DNA of 58,368 bases. It comes from a virus. Its lineage: Duplodnaviria > Caudoviricetes. Position numbers and translations under genes: made by a program. Shown here in pieces: positions 57,068-58,368 of the stretch (within the stretch, counting starts at the first letter, position 1; every line of letters begins with the position of its first letter). Under the pieces are notes generated by a model. The model had not been told where the DNA came from and did no database searches. It saw nothing but the letters and a program-made list of their open reading frames with translations. The DNA is taken from IMG/VR virus record IMGVR_UViG_3300030108_004301, positions 1 through 58,368 of that record, one strand, 5' to 3'.

Positions 57068-57616
57068 ATGGCGATCGCTAAACAAACACATAAGAATAAA
57101 CTTGAGGTAGTAGCTAATCCCCGCAGGGAAAAACAAATTACTCCCAAACAAGAAGAGTTCGCAAGATTGTATGTCTGCGAGGACATTACACAAACTGAAG
57201 CAGCGATAAAAGCTGGATACTCTAAAAATTCAGCTCATGTGATTGCTTCGCAACTTCTCGATGGGCGATCGTTTCCTCATGTAATCAACCGAATACGAGA
57301 ACTGAAAATAGAATTATCTCGTAAATATGAAGTTTCCTTTGAAGGTCATGTAAAAAAGTTGGCTGAGATTAGGGATTCTGCGATCGGTTCTGGTAATTTC
57401 GCAGCGGCTGTCGCTGCTGAAAAATCTCGTGGTCAGGCGGCAGGATTGTACATCGATCGTAAAGAAATACTACACGGAAAAATTGACCAGATGAGTAGAG
57501 AAGAAGTTATGAAGGAAATACAAAGATTACAACAAGAATATCCTGCTTTGGCAACCTTTAGTGCCGACAATGTTGTAATAGAAGGTGATTCTAAAGAGTT
57601 GAAAACAAAGGACTAA
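57068..57616 (+). CDS. terS: terminase small subunit
   Basis: ITPKQEEFARLYV...TQTEAAIKAGYS...A...AS.LL HTH signature. ATG 57068 is in frame with track ORF 56984. Confidence 0.85.
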   Translation: MAIAKQTHKNKLEVVANPRREKQITPKQEEFARLYVCEDITQTEAAIKAGYSKNSAHVIASQLLDGRSFPHVINRIRELKIELSRKYEVSFEGHVKKLAEIRDSAIGSGNFAAAVAAEKSRGQAAGLYIDRKEILHGKIDQMSREEVMKEIQRLQQEYPALATFSADNVVIEGDSKELKTKD

Positions 57617-57689
57617 TTAGTGCTTTTTCCAGATATTGTTGCTTAGTATAATGTAAATGTAAGATATTAACATTAACAAGGAGCATAAG

Positions 57690-57941
57690 ATGGCGATTAA
57701 AGCTACTGAAAGCAAATTTACTTACGAGCTAACTGGTTATGAGTTAGCAACTTATTTAATTGAGCGTTTTGGTAAAACACCAGAAAGTGCAATTAAAGAA
57801 ACCAACGACGCTGCAAAGTGGGACAAAGCGTTTTTTGTAAGACTTGATGAAACAGATATTTTAAACCTCAAGCAAAAAACAATTGATTATTTTAAATCAC
57901 TTACAGTTGTTGATATGACTGGCAAAAATACTTCGTCCTGA
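57690..57941 (+). CDS. hypothetical protein
   Basis: TATAAT, ATATTAACATTAAC leader and AAGGAG RBS upstream. Confidence 0.7.
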   Translation: MAIKATESKFTYELTGYELATYLIERFGKTPESAIKETNDAAKWDKAFFVRLDETDILNLKQKTIDYFKSLTVVDMTGKNTSS

Positions 57942-58015
57942 TTTATTTTTTTACTTCTTGATTTTTGTTGGTGTTATTATTTTAATGTAATACTAACAAA
58001 AACAAGGAGTTATTC

Positions 58016-58368
58016 ATGACTTATAATTACGATTTTTTTAAGTTTAAAGAGATCCACTTACAAACACATAAAGATCAAGCCATTGGTTGTATAAACGAGT
58101 GGTTTTTTGGGTGTGACAAACCAACTATCACTGATTTTAAACAACAATGGGATTCTTTTACAGTTTGCCATTATATTATTGAGCTTATAAAAACTAAATC
58201 CAAAAGTTGTACTCGTGTTTTTATCGGGGATAACCATCACGGTTTACGCGAAGGTAAAAAAATAAAACTTTTCTTTGGTGAGTCTTTATTCAAACAAACA
58301 AATTGTGATTTTCCTCATTATGAAATTTTTCACAATGGTAAATATTATTTTGAAGTGCTAACTGATTC
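58016..58368 (+). CDS. hypothetical protein, 3'-truncated by window edge (MTYNYDFFKFKEIH...)
   Basis: AAGGAG RBS; frame open to the last base. Confidence 0.65.
   Translation, partial: MTYNYDFFKFKEIHLQTHKDQAIGCINEWFFGCDKPTITDFKQQWDSFTVCHYIIELIKTKSKSCTRVFIGDNHHGLREGKKIKLFFGESLFKQTNCDFPHYEIFHNGKYYFEVLTD

Noticed and set aside
57071-57078. GCGATCGC (cyanobacterial HIP1) suggesting a cyanobacterial host
   Set aside because: Only one full octamer was noticed, and no photosynthesis or other cyanophage marker genes are present.

Overview
The window is an essentially complete, AT-rich tailed dsDNA phage genome with podovirus-like organisation, probably circularly permuted. It has terL, portal, GroES, scaffold, major capsid, tail adaptor/tube, SPRY/LamG tail fibres and four large internal-virion proteins, but no tape-measure or sheath gene. 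The replication block comprises an SNF2 helicase (the only clear minus-strand gene), SSB, AEP primase, SF1 helicase and family A DNA polymerase. It is interleaved with a thymidine-hypermodification cassette: dUMP-type thymidylate-synthase homologue, aGPT-Pplase1/HMUDK-helical-like protein, GT-B glycosyltransferase, Nmad-like protein, HD nucleotidase and FkbM methyltransferase. The gene set resembles uncultured marine alphaproteobacterial podophages (inference; host not determinable here). The most striking signal lies between terS and terL. About 900 bp (1840-2735) contains no GA and only one TC dinucleotide, yet holds a complete transcription unit encoding a 161-aa protein with no Asp or Glu. 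That protein has a normal paralogue at 56419-56850. The island directly abuts a dense, partly 10-bp-phased GATC/GTTC array. This suggests a sequence-encoded map of modified versus unmodified (or target-free) DNA at the probable genome end. Three candidate structured RNAs were also found (11121-11191, 44722-44780, 54831-55012). No tRNA, rRNA, CRISPR array, integrase or RNA polymerase was recognised. All counts were made by eye.
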